A stretch of 64,000 nucleotides of DNA from Cyanobacteriota bacterium (GCA_041181185.1 JBEGQC010000010.1:28039-92038), one strand, 5' to 3'; shown: positions 33,786 to 42,363, numbered from the stretch's first letter. Translations and numbers: made by a program. Notes: generated by a model not told the origin, from the sequence alone.

Positions 33786-34778
33786 ATGAACCCTGTGCGT
33801 GTGGGGGTGATTGGCATCGGCAATATGGGTTGGCATCACGCCAGGGTGCTGAGCCTCCTGCGCGATGCCGAGCTGGTGGGCGTGGCCGATCCGGATGAGG
33901 AGCGGGGCCGCTTGGCGACAGAGCAGTTCGGCTGTCGCTGGTTTGCCGACTATCAAGCCCTGCTGGGCGAGGTGGAGGCGGTGTGTGTGGCGGTGCCAAC
34001 CCTGCTGCATCACCGGGTGGGCATGGCCTCCCTGCAGGCGGGCGTGGATGTCTTGATTGAAAAGCCGATTGCGGCCACCCAGGAGGAGGCCAACGATCTG
34101 ATTCACGCTGCGGAGACGGCGGGTCGGCTCCTGCAGGTCGGCCACATCGAGCGCTTCAACCCCGCGTTTCGTGAGCTGCTCAAGGTGGTGGCAGGCGAAG
34201 AGGTGGTGGTGCTGGAGGCCCGGCGCCATAGCCCCAATCCCGACCGGGCCAACGATGTGTCGGTGGTGTTGGATCTGATGATCCACGACATCGATCTGGT
34301 GCTGGAGTTGGCGGCTTCCCCTGTGGTGCGCCTGGCGGCGGCAGGCGGCCGCAGCGGCGAGGGGCCGATCGATTACGTGAATGCCACCCTGGGCTTTGCC
34401 AATGGCGTGGTGGCCAGCCTGACGGCGAGCAAGATGGCCCACCGCAAGGTGCGCAGGCTCTACACCCACTGCCGCAGCAGCTTGATGGAAACCGATTTTC
34501 TCAACCACAACCTGCGCATCCACCGCCGCCCCCACACCACGGTGAGCGCCGATCACGGCGAATTGGTGTATCGCAATGACGGCTTCATCGAGGAGGTGAG
34601 CACCACCTCCATCGAGCCGCTCTATGCGGAGCTGGAGCACTTCCTGCAGTGCGTGCGTGGGGTGGAAACACCCGCGGTGGATGGCCTGCAAGCCTCCCGC
34701 GCCCTGCAGCTGGCCGATCTGATCGAGCAGTGCGTGGAGCGGCCCAATCTCTGCATGACGCTCGACGCGCCGATCTAG
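33786..34778 (+). CDS. Gfo/Idh/MocA family NAD(P)-dependent oxidoreductase
   Basis: MNPVRVGVIGIGNMGWHHARVL...VAVPTLLHHRVGMASLQAGVDVLIEKPIAAT...GHIERFNPAF shows the N-terminal Rossmann fold and the EKP motif. Confidence 0.88.
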   Translation: MNPVRVGVIGIGNMGWHHARVLSLLRDAELVGVADPDEERGRLATEQFGCRWFADYQALLGEVEAVCVAVPTLLHHRVGMASLQAGVDVLIEKPIAATQEEANDLIHAAETAGRLLQVGHIERFNPAFRELLKVVAGEEVVVLEARRHSPNPDRANDVSVVLDLMIHDIDLVLELAASPVVRLAAAGGRSGEGPIDYVNATLGFANGVVASLTASKMAHRKVRRLYTHCRSSLMETDFLNHNLRIHRRPHTTVSADHGELVYRNDGFIEEVSTTSIEPLYAELEHFLQCVRGVETPAVDGLQASRALQLADLIEQCVERPNLCMTLDAPI

Positions 34779-35025
34779 GGGGGGCTGGACCCCCAGCCCT
34801 CAGGCTGGGCTGGTGGCTCCTCTCCGGACGACGGGCGCTGGGCGGCCGGTTCGGGTTTGTGCTTTTGGCGAGATTGAGCCGCCGATGGGCATGATTGGCC
34901 TCTCTTGTGGTGGCACTTCCCCGTGCAAAGGGTGCATGTTTGCGCAAAATATGCGCAGATGAACGAATTCTTCTCCCTTTATTCTCGGCGATCGTGCAAT
35001 AATTATAGCTTTATTTCTAAAAGTT

Positions 35026-37992
35026 ATGTTGGCTTCCCCTTGGCTCCTCTACCCCAGCCTTGCCGATCAGTTATCTGCCTTCGCCACATCCAAGCAATTC
35101 TGGGGGGCTTGGCAGATAGCATTTGGCCAGAATTATGATCGTGCCAAGGCAGAGAGATTGCGCCAGCAGTGGGCGAATCGAGATTTTCGTCAACTGCCGA
35201 AGCTGCAAACGCTCAGCAGCCAGGTTCTGGGGCCGGCCAATGGGGCTTACGCAGCGAGCACCAACACCATCTATCTCTCAGAAACCTTCCTGAAAACGGC
35301 GCCAACCGCCTCAATTGTCAACGCGCTTTTAGAAGAAATCGGCCATTTCGTTGATGCCACAATCAATGCCTCCGATAGCCCTGGCGATGAAGGAGCCATC
35401 TTTGCGGCCCTGGTTCAAGGGGAGCAACTGTCGCCTGCCCAGCTGCGTTTGCTGAAGGCTGAAAACGATTGGACCACCTTGCAGATCAATGGAAAATCGA
35501 TAGTTGTTGAGCAAGCCGTTCTCACGGGCACATCCGGCAACGACACCCTTGTGGGTACGGCGGTGGATGATGTGATTTCGGGCCTGGCTGGGAATGATTC
35601 CCTCCTTGGAGGCTCAGGCAATGATCAGTTGTTTGGTGGCCTTGGTAGCGACACCTTGGTTGGAGGTGCTGGCAATGACTTAGTTGTTTTGGAGTCTTTT
35701 AATGATTTCACCAGCACCGTGAATCTGGATGTGGTGACGGATTTTGTGAAGGGAAGCGATCGGGTGGATTTGCGCACGATTGGCATTGGCGATCTCAATA
35801 CGGTGTTGACGCTGACTGCCAATGATTTAGGTGGTAATGCGGTGATTACAACATTCTATCGGAGCGGCATATATCAAACGCGACTCAATAGCGTGAACAA
35901 GACAGTGCTGCAAGCTGCTGATTTTGTGTTCAAAACAGATGTGGTGAATGATTTGATTAGCGGAACGGGATTTGATGATGATCTCTTTGGCGCCTTTGGC
36001 GACGATACCCTTCAAGGAAGTAGTGGTAATGATCGTTTATTTGGAGAAGAGGGCAATGATCAGTTGTTTGGTGGCCTTGGTAGCGACACCTTGGTTGGAG
36101 GTGCTGGCAATGACTTAGTTGTTTTGGAGTCTTTTAATGATTTCACCAGCACCGTGAATCTGGATGTGGTGACGGATTTTGTGAAGGGAAGCGATCGGGT
36201 GGATTTGCGCACGATTGGCATTGGCGATCTCAATACGGTGTTGACGCTGACTGCCAATGATTTAGGTGGTAATGCGGTGATTACAACATTCTATCGGAGC
36301 GGCATATATCAAACGCGGCTCAATAGCGTGAACAAGACAGTGCTGCAAGCTGCTGATTTTGTGTTCAAAACAGATGTGGTGAATGATTTGATTAGCGGAA
36401 CGGGATTTGATGATGATCTCTTTGGCGCCTTTGGCAGCGATACCCTTCAAGGAAGTAGTGGTAATGATCGCCTCTTTGGCGAGCAAGGCAATGATCAACT
36501 CACCGGTGGCGCAGGCAATGACACCCTATTCGGCGGCAGCGGAGACGATACGGCTGTCTTTACTGGCACGCGCGCCCAATACTCCTGGGTGAATAATGCA
36601 GGTGTCTTTACGATCACCGATTCCATTGCCAATCGCGATGGCATCGACACCTTGAATGGCATTCAAAAACTGCAATTCAGTGATCAACTCGTCGTCATCG
36701 CTCCCGTCGAAATTGATCCGGTTGTCGTCACCCTTTCCGTCTCCCCCGGGAGTGTGGTGGAGGATGGCGCACCCAATTTGCTCTTCACCTTCACGCGCAC
36801 CGGCCCATTGACGGCGCCCTTGAGCGTGAATTACCTCCTCGTCGGTGGCACCGCCACCTTCACAACGGATTACACCCAAACCGGTGCCACCAGCTTTGAT
36901 GGCGTCTCCGGCACGGTGACTTTTGCCGCCAATGCGGCAACGGCCACCATCACGGTTGATCCCGTGCCCGACACCCAGGTGGAGCAGAACGAGACAGTTG
37001 TTCTCACCCTTGCTTCCGGCGCTGGCTATGCCATTGGCACCACAAATCCAGTCACAGGCACCATCCAAAATGATGATTTTCCAGTGATTTCGATTAACGA
37101 TGTCACGGTTGTTGAAGGCAAGGATGCCAATGCGTTGCTGACCCTCTCTGTGGATAACCCCAGTCCCCAACAAATCAGCGTGAATTTCGCCACCTCACCG
37201 GTGGATGCCACAGCCAACGGGGACTACACCACCAGAACGGGAACCCTCATCCTTCCTGCCAACGCCACCACAGTGACCCTGGCGATTCCGATCCTCAATG
37301 ACAACCTCAACGAGGCCAACGAATCCTTCCTCGTTACCCTTTCCGCCCCCATCAATGCCACAATCTCCCCAGATGCGGGGATCGCTGAAGTCACTATTTC
37401 AGACACTTGGGACTCTGCGATGACACGCATTCTGCCGGCGGGGGTGGAAAACCTCAGACTCACCGGTGTGAATAACATCAACGGCACAGGCAATGCCAAC
37501 GCAAATGCAATCACAGGAAATTCAGGCAACAATCTCATCAATGGAGCTGGTGGAGCTGATGCCCTTACGGGAAATGCAGGGGCAGATATCTTTATCTTCC
37601 AGTTTGGTCAGTCCACCCTTGCTGCCCCTGATCGTATTACTGATTTCACGTTCAACTCCGATAAGATTGACCTTCTTACAAGCAGCGGTCTCTCCACCCC
37701 TGCTCCTCTGTCCTTCTCTAGGGCGACCAACAGCATCGCTGCAAGCCTCACGGATTTGATCAACCAGGTTTTTGCTGATGCCGATGGAGCGACCACAGGC
37801 AACCAATCCCTTGCCCCTTCAGGTGCCGCACTCGTTCAGGTCGCCACTGGACCGATTGCGGGTAACTACCTTGTGATCAACGATGCTGTGGCTGGCTTCC
37901 AAGCCGCTAATGATCTAGTGGTAAATATCACTGGTTCGGTGGGGCAATTGCCGGGCTTGGGGGCCATACCCATAGCACAATTCTTTGTTTGA
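35026..37992 (+). CDS. Large RTX-type calcium-binding repeat protein with Calx-beta-like modules; probable type I secretion substrate or surface protein (988 aa)
   Basis: GGxGxDxUx nonapeptide runs are present (GTSGNDTLVGTAVDDVISGLAGNDSLLGGSGNDQLFGGLGSDTLVGGAGND; later GNSGNNLINGAGGADALTGNAGADIFIF). There are DF-x-x-G-x-D-x-IDL type motifs (VTDFVKGSDRVDLRTI, ITDFTFNSDKIDLL). Calx-beta-like modules are present (VVEDGAPNLLFTFTRTG...VNYLLVGGTATFTTDYT...VTFAANAATATITVDPVPDTQVEQNETVVLTL; VVEGKDANALLTLSV...ATANGDYTTRTGTLILPANATTVTLAIPILNDNLNEANESFLVTL). There is no N-terminal signal peptide, and the C-terminal tail looks uncleaved. Confidence 0.85.
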   Translation: MLASPWLLYPSLADQLSAFATSKQFWGAWQIAFGQNYDRAKAERLRQQWANRDFRQLPKLQTLSSQVLGPANGAYAASTNTIYLSETFLKTAPTASIVNALLEEIGHFVDATINASDSPGDEGAIFAALVQGEQLSPAQLRLLKAENDWTTLQINGKSIVVEQAVLTGTSGNDTLVGTAVDDVISGLAGNDSLLGGSGNDQLFGGLGSDTLVGGAGNDLVVLESFNDFTSTVNLDVVTDFVKGSDRVDLRTIGIGDLNTVLTLTANDLGGNAVITTFYRSGIYQTRLNSVNKTVLQAADFVFKTDVVNDLISGTGFDDDLFGAFGDDTLQGSSGNDRLFGEEGNDQLFGGLGSDTLVGGAGNDLVVLESFNDFTSTVNLDVVTDFVKGSDRVDLRTIGIGDLNTVLTLTANDLGGNAVITTFYRSGIYQTRLNSVNKTVLQAADFVFKTDVVNDLISGTGFDDDLFGAFGSDTLQGSSGNDRLFGEQGNDQLTGGAGNDTLFGGSGDDTAVFTGTRAQYSWVNNAGVFTITDSIANRDGIDTLNGIQKLQFSDQLVVIAPVEIDPVVVTLSVSPGSVVEDGAPNLLFTFTRTGPLTAPLSVNYLLVGGTATFTTDYTQTGATSFDGVSGTVTFAANAATATITVDPVPDTQVEQNETVVLTLASGAGYAIGTTNPVTGTIQNDDFPVISINDVTVVEGKDANALLTLSVDNPSPQQISVNFATSPVDATANGDYTTRTGTLILPANATTVTLAIPILNDNLNEANESFLVTLSAPINATISPDAGIAEVTISDTWDSAMTRILPAGVENLRLTGVNNINGTGNANANAITGNSGNNLINGAGGADALTGNAGADIFIFQFGQSTLAAPDRITDFTFNSDKIDLLTSSGLSTPAPLSFSRATNSIAASLTDLINQVFADADGATTGNQSLAPSGAALVQVATGPIAGNYLVINDAVAGFQAANDLVVNITGSVGQLPGLGAIPIAQFFV
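35617..36486 (+). repeat. Two tandem copies of a 435-bp (145-codon) unit inside the RTX gene, near-identical at the nucleotide level
   Basis: 35617-36051 versus 36052-36486. By eye the first ~260 nt are identical, then single differences appear (cgcgActcaat/cgcgGctcaat; ggcGAcgat/ggcAGcgat), and the copies diverge only in the last ~25 nt. The track shows identical antisense ORF translations at 35625..35822 and 36060..36257. Confidence 0.95.
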
Positions 37993-38154
37993 TCCGTGCG
38001 GGAGTGCTTCCCAGCCTCTGCACGACTCTCAACGCGCCGATCCAGGGGATTCCTCTTCACTGGGTTGGCGCACCCAAGTGGTCCGTCCGTGGAAGGCCCC
38101 GGGGCTGGCGTAGGTCAGGCTGCTGCTGGAGGGGAGCGGGTTCAGGGATTGCCC

Positions 38155-41100
38155 CTAAGCTGCCTGCGCCTGGGGCAAAGGCGCTGGGGGCCGCCCGGCC
38201 CGGCTCAGCTGCTGTAAGGCAAGCAGCTGCCAGCGGCGGCACTGGGCCGGGGAGGAGCGGTAGAAGGCGTCCCAGGCCTCAGCTTTGTGGCGGCTGTAAT
38301 CGGCTTCGCTCACCAGCGGATGGCCTTGCTGCCAGCCCACACGCACGGCGTGGCCAATCACCACGTCGAGGGCCAGATCGTCTTCAAAGCGCACCTGGGG
38401 ATTGGCGACCACGAAGGCGATCAGGGTGAGCAACGCTTCGGTGCAAAGCTGGCGGTATTCCGGTGCTTCGATCTTGCCCAGCAACTGTTCCACCAGGGCG
38501 GCGAAATTGCGCTCCCCGGGAGTGAGGTCGTTGAGCAGGGGAGCACTTTCGAGACGATTGCGCCGCTCCAGCTTGTCGCCGATCACGATGCCGTGGCAAT
38601 GGTGGAGCAAATCCCAGATGCCTGGGTAAAAGTCGCGGGGAACGCGCTGCAGGGCGCCAAGGCGCAGCCGGTGTTGCAGCCAGCAGCCACCCCGGGGCAG
38701 CTCCTCCAGGGGATCGGGCACCTCCCAACGCACCCGCCCGCCCTGCAGGTGCAGCTCCTCCTTGCGTTGCAGGGCGGTTTTGGCGTGCTCCACATCGGCC
38801 AACACCGCCCGCAGCCGCCGCCGCATGGCGTGGGGCGGCAGGGTGCAGAGCTCCTCAAAGGCGTCGCTGGGGCAAAGATTGGCCTCGGCGGCCAGCTCGC
38901 TGGTGAGCAGCAGGAGCAACTGCCCAAGCTGCACGGTGAGGCTGCCGCTGAGCAGGCTCGGCTCCAGCCGGGCCAGGCTGTCGATCGCCAGCAGCAGCTC
39001 CTGCTGCACCATCCACTCGCGGGCGTCCTCGCCACTGAAGCGGCGGATCATGGCCGCGATCATCTTGCTGCCTTGGGGCTGGCTGATCAGCGACTGGCCG
39101 GTGTAATTGCGCCCCACCACCACCTGCTTTTGGCGCACGAGCAGATCGGTGAGGGCGTCCTCCAGCTGGGGATGCACCAGGCCCATCACCCCGGCGGTGC
39201 GGCGCACCACATTCCAGTCGCCCTCCTGCAACCCCCTGCGATACACCTCCTCCAACAGCGCCATCAGGCGCATGGAGCCGCTGCCCAGCGGCCCTCTCAG
39301 CTCAGCACCGGGGCCAAGGCGACGGCCGAGAAGCTCCAACACCTCCGCCTGCTCCTGCAAGGAGGTGCTCGTCCAGAGCCGCTCGATCAGGGCGGCCACC
39401 GAGGTGTCCTCCAGCTCCTGCTCTTGGCGGGCCGTGAGGGGCCGATGGCTGTGGGCCGCCGGCAGGAGCGTTTGGCGGGGCTGCAACAGCCGACAGACCG
39501 CCTCCGCCTGGCTGGGCAACTCCACCCAGCTGGCTTCGGCGGCCAGATCCTCCAACGCCCCCAGCTGCACGGGCACACCCTCCACTTCCCCCGCCAGCAG
39601 GCTTCGGCCTAGCTCAAAGAAGGCCTGGGGATCCCTGCGGAAAGCCACGCTGGCGATGGGAATCAGCAGCAGGGGGAGGCCCCCGCCCCGCCAATGGCGT
39701 CGCAGCAGCCGCAGTTCGCTGGCCACCGTGTCCACCAGCTGAAGGGGATCATCAGCGAGATAGAAGGTGTCTTCCTCCAGCACAGCGGGCTGGAAGGCCA
39801 ACGCCTCCCCGTTGTGCCGATAGAGCCTGGCGGTGGCCATGGTTTCCATGCGCACGGGTGGGTGGCCCGTGAGCCCCAACCTGGCGTTGGCGCCCACCGT
39901 GGCCATGCGCTGCGCCAACTCCCGGGAGCTGGCCACCCGCAGAGCGCCCTGGCTGGGATCGTGAATGGGCAGCCCGACGGCGGCCAGTTGACGGGCGATG
40001 TTGTCCTCCTCGGGTACCAGGGCCACCATCACCCGCTCGGCTCCGAGGAGCTGCCGATGACGCCGGCCGATCGGATCCAGGTCGTTAGGGGTGATCAGGC
40101 CATGCAGCAGTAGATCACCCAGCCAGGTGAGGCTTTGGGTCCAAAGCAACGGCACGTTGTCATTGGGCTGGCGCGGTTGGCTGCCGGGGTTGCGCCGTTC
40201 GGCGGCGATGGCTGCCTGGCTCACCACATAGAGCTCTGGCAACAGGGGAACCCCCTCCACCTCCACACTCAGCTCCGCCAGCCGCTGCCGCCACCGTCTG
40301 GCTTCTTCCCAGCGCTCCTCGCAACAGGCCGTGAGCAGTTCATAGGCCAAAAAGAGCGGCCACTCGCACTCGATGTGCTCAAACTCCGCCAGCTCCTCAG
40401 GCTCGTAGTGCAGTCGGCTCACGTCTTCGATCACCGTCTGATGGCCATCTCGCCGGAAACGCTTGTAGCCGTAGGCGCCCCCCAGGTCTTGTCGAATCTT
40501 GGTGCGGGTGCGGGCCACCAACTCCCCATCCTCCAGCGCCCAGGCGGGGTAGCCGATCACCGAAAGGCAGGCGCTGTCAGCCTCCTTGCTCGCTGATTCC
40601 CTGGGGAGCAGGCTGTGCAAGGCCCGCCGGAGACGCACGATCGCATCTTGGGGAATCGAGAGGCGGTAGGACCCATCCCCATGGGGGCCCAACAGATCGA
40701 TGCCCTCTAGGGATTCCAGGGCCGCCTTCACCATGCCGATGGAGCTGGCATTGCGCTCCGGCAGGCCGTGGTTGCTCTTGTCGCCCCGCTCCCAGATGCC
40801 GTAGTCGGCCACCCGGTAGGCCCGAGCCACGTAATACACCAGGTTTTGCACGAAATCTCGCTCGTGGGTGGTCTGCACCACCACCAAGCCGGAGCGGGTG
40901 AGCTGGGCCAGCTGGAGGAGAAACACGGCCGTGGCGTCGAGCTGCAGGTGGCCCCAGCCGTCATCGGGCACCACCGTTGCTCCTGAGCCCGTATCGAACT
41001 TGGCATGGATGGCATCCAGCGGGCGGAGGCTGCGCTTGAAGCGCTCCACCTTGGGTGCCTGACGCATCATCGAGGCCAGCAGGCCTCGCATTAACTGCAG

Positions 41101-41418
41101 CACGCGTTGCTCAAGCTCGAAGGCCCGGCGGCAGGGTCCGCTCTGGCGCCGATGGGCCATGGCCAGGCCCCACACGCATTGGATCGAATAGACACAGTCA
41201 CGCACCCAGGCATCACCGTAGTTGCCATGCACCGTGTTGGCTGTGCTGGCTGGCAACAGACCGGTGAGGGGATGTTGGCGGGAGAGCACCACCGCTTCAA
41301 TCTCCCGATCCAGGCGATGGAGCAGCGCGATGGCCTCCGCGGATGCCTCGCTGGCTGTCTCCTTCAAGGAGTGGCCCAGCCCCCCCTGGCTCACCATGGT
41401 CAAATCGCTGGTGCGCAT
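38155..41418 (-). CDS. Large glycoside hydrolase family 15-like (glucoamylase / phosphorylase-kinase alpha-beta-like) protein, about 1087 aa
   Basis: ORF 38155..41487, with likely start ATG 41418 (MRTSDLTMVSQ...). The N-terminal ~450 aa read HPLTGLLPASTANTVHGNYGDAWVRDCVYS...DYGIWERGDKSNHGLPERNASSIGMVKAALESL, which matches the GH15 (alpha/alpha)6 catalytic-like domain. The remaining ~600 aa are helical and I recognise no domain. Confidence 0.75.
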   Translation of the reverse strand: MRTSDLTMVSQGGLGHSLKETASEASAEAIALLHRLDREIEAVVLSRQHPLTGLLPASTANTVHGNYGDAWVRDCVYSIQCVWGLAMAHRRQSGPCRRAFELEQRVLQLMRGLLASMMRQAPKVERFKRSLRPLDAIHAKFDTGSGATVVPDDGWGHLQLDATAVFLLQLAQLTRSGLVVVQTTHERDFVQNLVYYVARAYRVADYGIWERGDKSNHGLPERNASSIGMVKAALESLEGIDLLGPHGDGSYRLSIPQDAIVRLRRALHSLLPRESASKEADSACLSVIGYPAWALEDGELVARTRTKIRQDLGGAYGYKRFRRDGHQTVIEDVSRLHYEPEELAEFEHIECEWPLFLAYELLTACCEERWEEARRWRQRLAELSVEVEGVPLLPELYVVSQAAIAAERRNPGSQPRQPNDNVPLLWTQSLTWLGDLLLHGLITPNDLDPIGRRHRQLLGAERVMVALVPEEDNIARQLAAVGLPIHDPSQGALRVASSRELAQRMATVGANARLGLTGHPPVRMETMATARLYRHNGEALAFQPAVLEEDTFYLADDPLQLVDTVASELRLLRRHWRGGGLPLLLIPIASVAFRRDPQAFFELGRSLLAGEVEGVPVQLGALEDLAAEASWVELPSQAEAVCRLLQPRQTLLPAAHSHRPLTARQEQELEDTSVAALIERLWTSTSLQEQAEVLELLGRRLGPGAELRGPLGSGSMRLMALLEEVYRRGLQEGDWNVVRRTAGVMGLVHPQLEDALTDLLVRQKQVVVGRNYTGQSLISQPQGSKMIAAMIRRFSGEDAREWMVQQELLLAIDSLARLEPSLLSGSLTVQLGQLLLLLTSELAAEANLCPSDAFEELCTLPPHAMRRRLRAVLADVEHAKTALQRKEELHLQGGRVRWEVPDPLEELPRGGCWLQHRLRLGALQRVPRDFYPGIWDLLHHCHGIVIGDKLERRNRLESAPLLNDLTPGERNFAALVEQLLGKIEAPEYRQLCTEALLTLIAFVVANPQVRFEDDLALDVVIGHAVRVGWQQGHPLVSEADYSRHKAEAWDAFYRSSPAQCRRWQLLALQQLSRAGRPPAPLPQAQAA

Positions 41419-41465
41419 CCCCACTGGCTGGCTGACCCATCCGCAGCAATAGATTCTCCTCCGCG

Positions 41466-42254
41466 ATGCCCCATCCCATGGCAACAAACGTCACCACGCC
41501 CCGCCAGGCGGAAGTGCTAGGCGTACCGGTGAGCGTTTGTGAAGACGTTCTCGAAGCGGCGATCGCCCTCTATGAGCAGAAGGGAGGCGGCCAGATTGTC
41601 ACCCTCAACGCTGAAATGACGATGGCGGCCCTGGCCGACCCCGCCTTGGCGGGGGCCATTGGCGGGGCCGACCTGGTGATTCCCGATGGAGCTGGTGTGG
41701 TTTGGGCTCTCGGGCGGCAGGGGATCCGGGTGCGTCGAGCGCCAGGGATTGAGCTGGCCCGGCAGCTGCTGGAGCACGCCGCGGTGGAGGGCTGGCGGGT
41801 GGCTCTGGTGGGTTCGAGCCCCAAGGTGTTGGAACAGCTGTGCCCCAGGCTGGCCAAAGAAATTCCCGGGCTCCAGCTCGTGATCGCGATCCATGGGTAC
41901 AGCGATCCGCGGGCCTGGCCGGCACTGGAGGAGAGCCTGCTATCCATGAAGCCAGATCTCACCCTGGTTGCCCTGGGGGTTCCCCGCCAGGAACTTTGGA
42001 TCCAATCCCTCCCGCATCCCTTGCTGGGGCTTTGGATGGGGGTTGGCGGTAGTTTTGATGTGTGGGCTGGAACCAAAAAGAGGGCCCCCAGGTGGATGGG
42101 GCAAATCCACCTGGAATGGCTCTATCGCTTGTTCCAGGAACCCTCGCGCTGGCGGCGCATGTTGGCGTTGCCAGCGTTTATGAGGGCCGTTCTCAGCGGA
42201 ACCCCACCGAGGCTTGCCACACGAAGGCCAGCAGCAGGAAGAAGAGCGGAATGA
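41466..42254 (+). CDS. WecB/TagA/CpsF family glycosyltransferase
   Basis: [40 protein letters not shown]...[14 protein letters not shown]...GVPRQELWI...[42 protein letters not shown] is typical of the family. The last ~20 codons ([17 protein letters not shown]) run antisense over psbK and are probably a non-conserved tail. Confidence 0.82.
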   Translation: MPHPMATNVTTPRQAEVLGVPVSVCEDVLEAAIALYEQKGGGQIVTLNAEMTMAALADPALAGAIGGADLVIPDGAGVVWALGRQGIRVRRAPGIELARQLLEHAAVEGWRVALVGSSPKVLEQLCPRLAKEIPGLQLVIAIHGYSDPRAWPALEESLLSMKPDLTLVALGVPRQELWIQSLPHPLLGLWMGVGGSFDVWAGTKKRAPRWMGQIHLEWLYRLFQEPSRWRRMLALPAFMRAVLSGTPPRLATRRPAAGRRAE

Positions 42255-42333
42255 TGGGCAGAATGTCCACCAGGGGGGCAAAGGCCTGATAAGCCTCTGG
42301 GAGCTGGGCAAAAACGTGCAGCGGGAGGACCAT
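42193..42333 (-). CDS. psbK: Photosystem II reaction centre protein K (46 aa precursor)
   Basis: It is below the size cut-off of the ORF track. My hand translation of the reverse complement from 42333 gives [46 protein letters not shown] followed by a stop. The conserved PsbK core is [31 protein letters not shown]. Confidence 0.93.
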   Translation of the reverse strand: MVLPLHVFAQLPEAYQAFAPLVDILPIIPLFFLLLAFVWQASVGFR

Positions 42334-42363
42334 GCCGGAGGAATCCTTTGCAGTGGCTGGAAC

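Noticed and set aside
32874-34691. Minus-strand ORF of 605 aa spanning two plus-strand genes
   Set aside because: It is antisense to the CPBP protease and the Gfo/Idh/MocA oxidoreductase, both of which have clear family motifs. Its translation is His/Gln/Gly/Pro-rich with no motifs.
34880-38000. Mobile element or prophage origin of the RTX island
   Set aside because: No integrase, transposase, inverted terminal repeats, flanking direct repeats or adjacent tRNA could be found. Only the compositional contrast supports foreign origin, so it is reported as an island-like region rather than a mobile element.
38287-39612. Plus-strand ORF of 441 aa, together with other plus-strand ORFs between 38.4 and 41.5 kb
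   Set aside because: They are antisense to the 1087-aa GH15-like gene, and their composition is typical of a GC-rich reverse frame.
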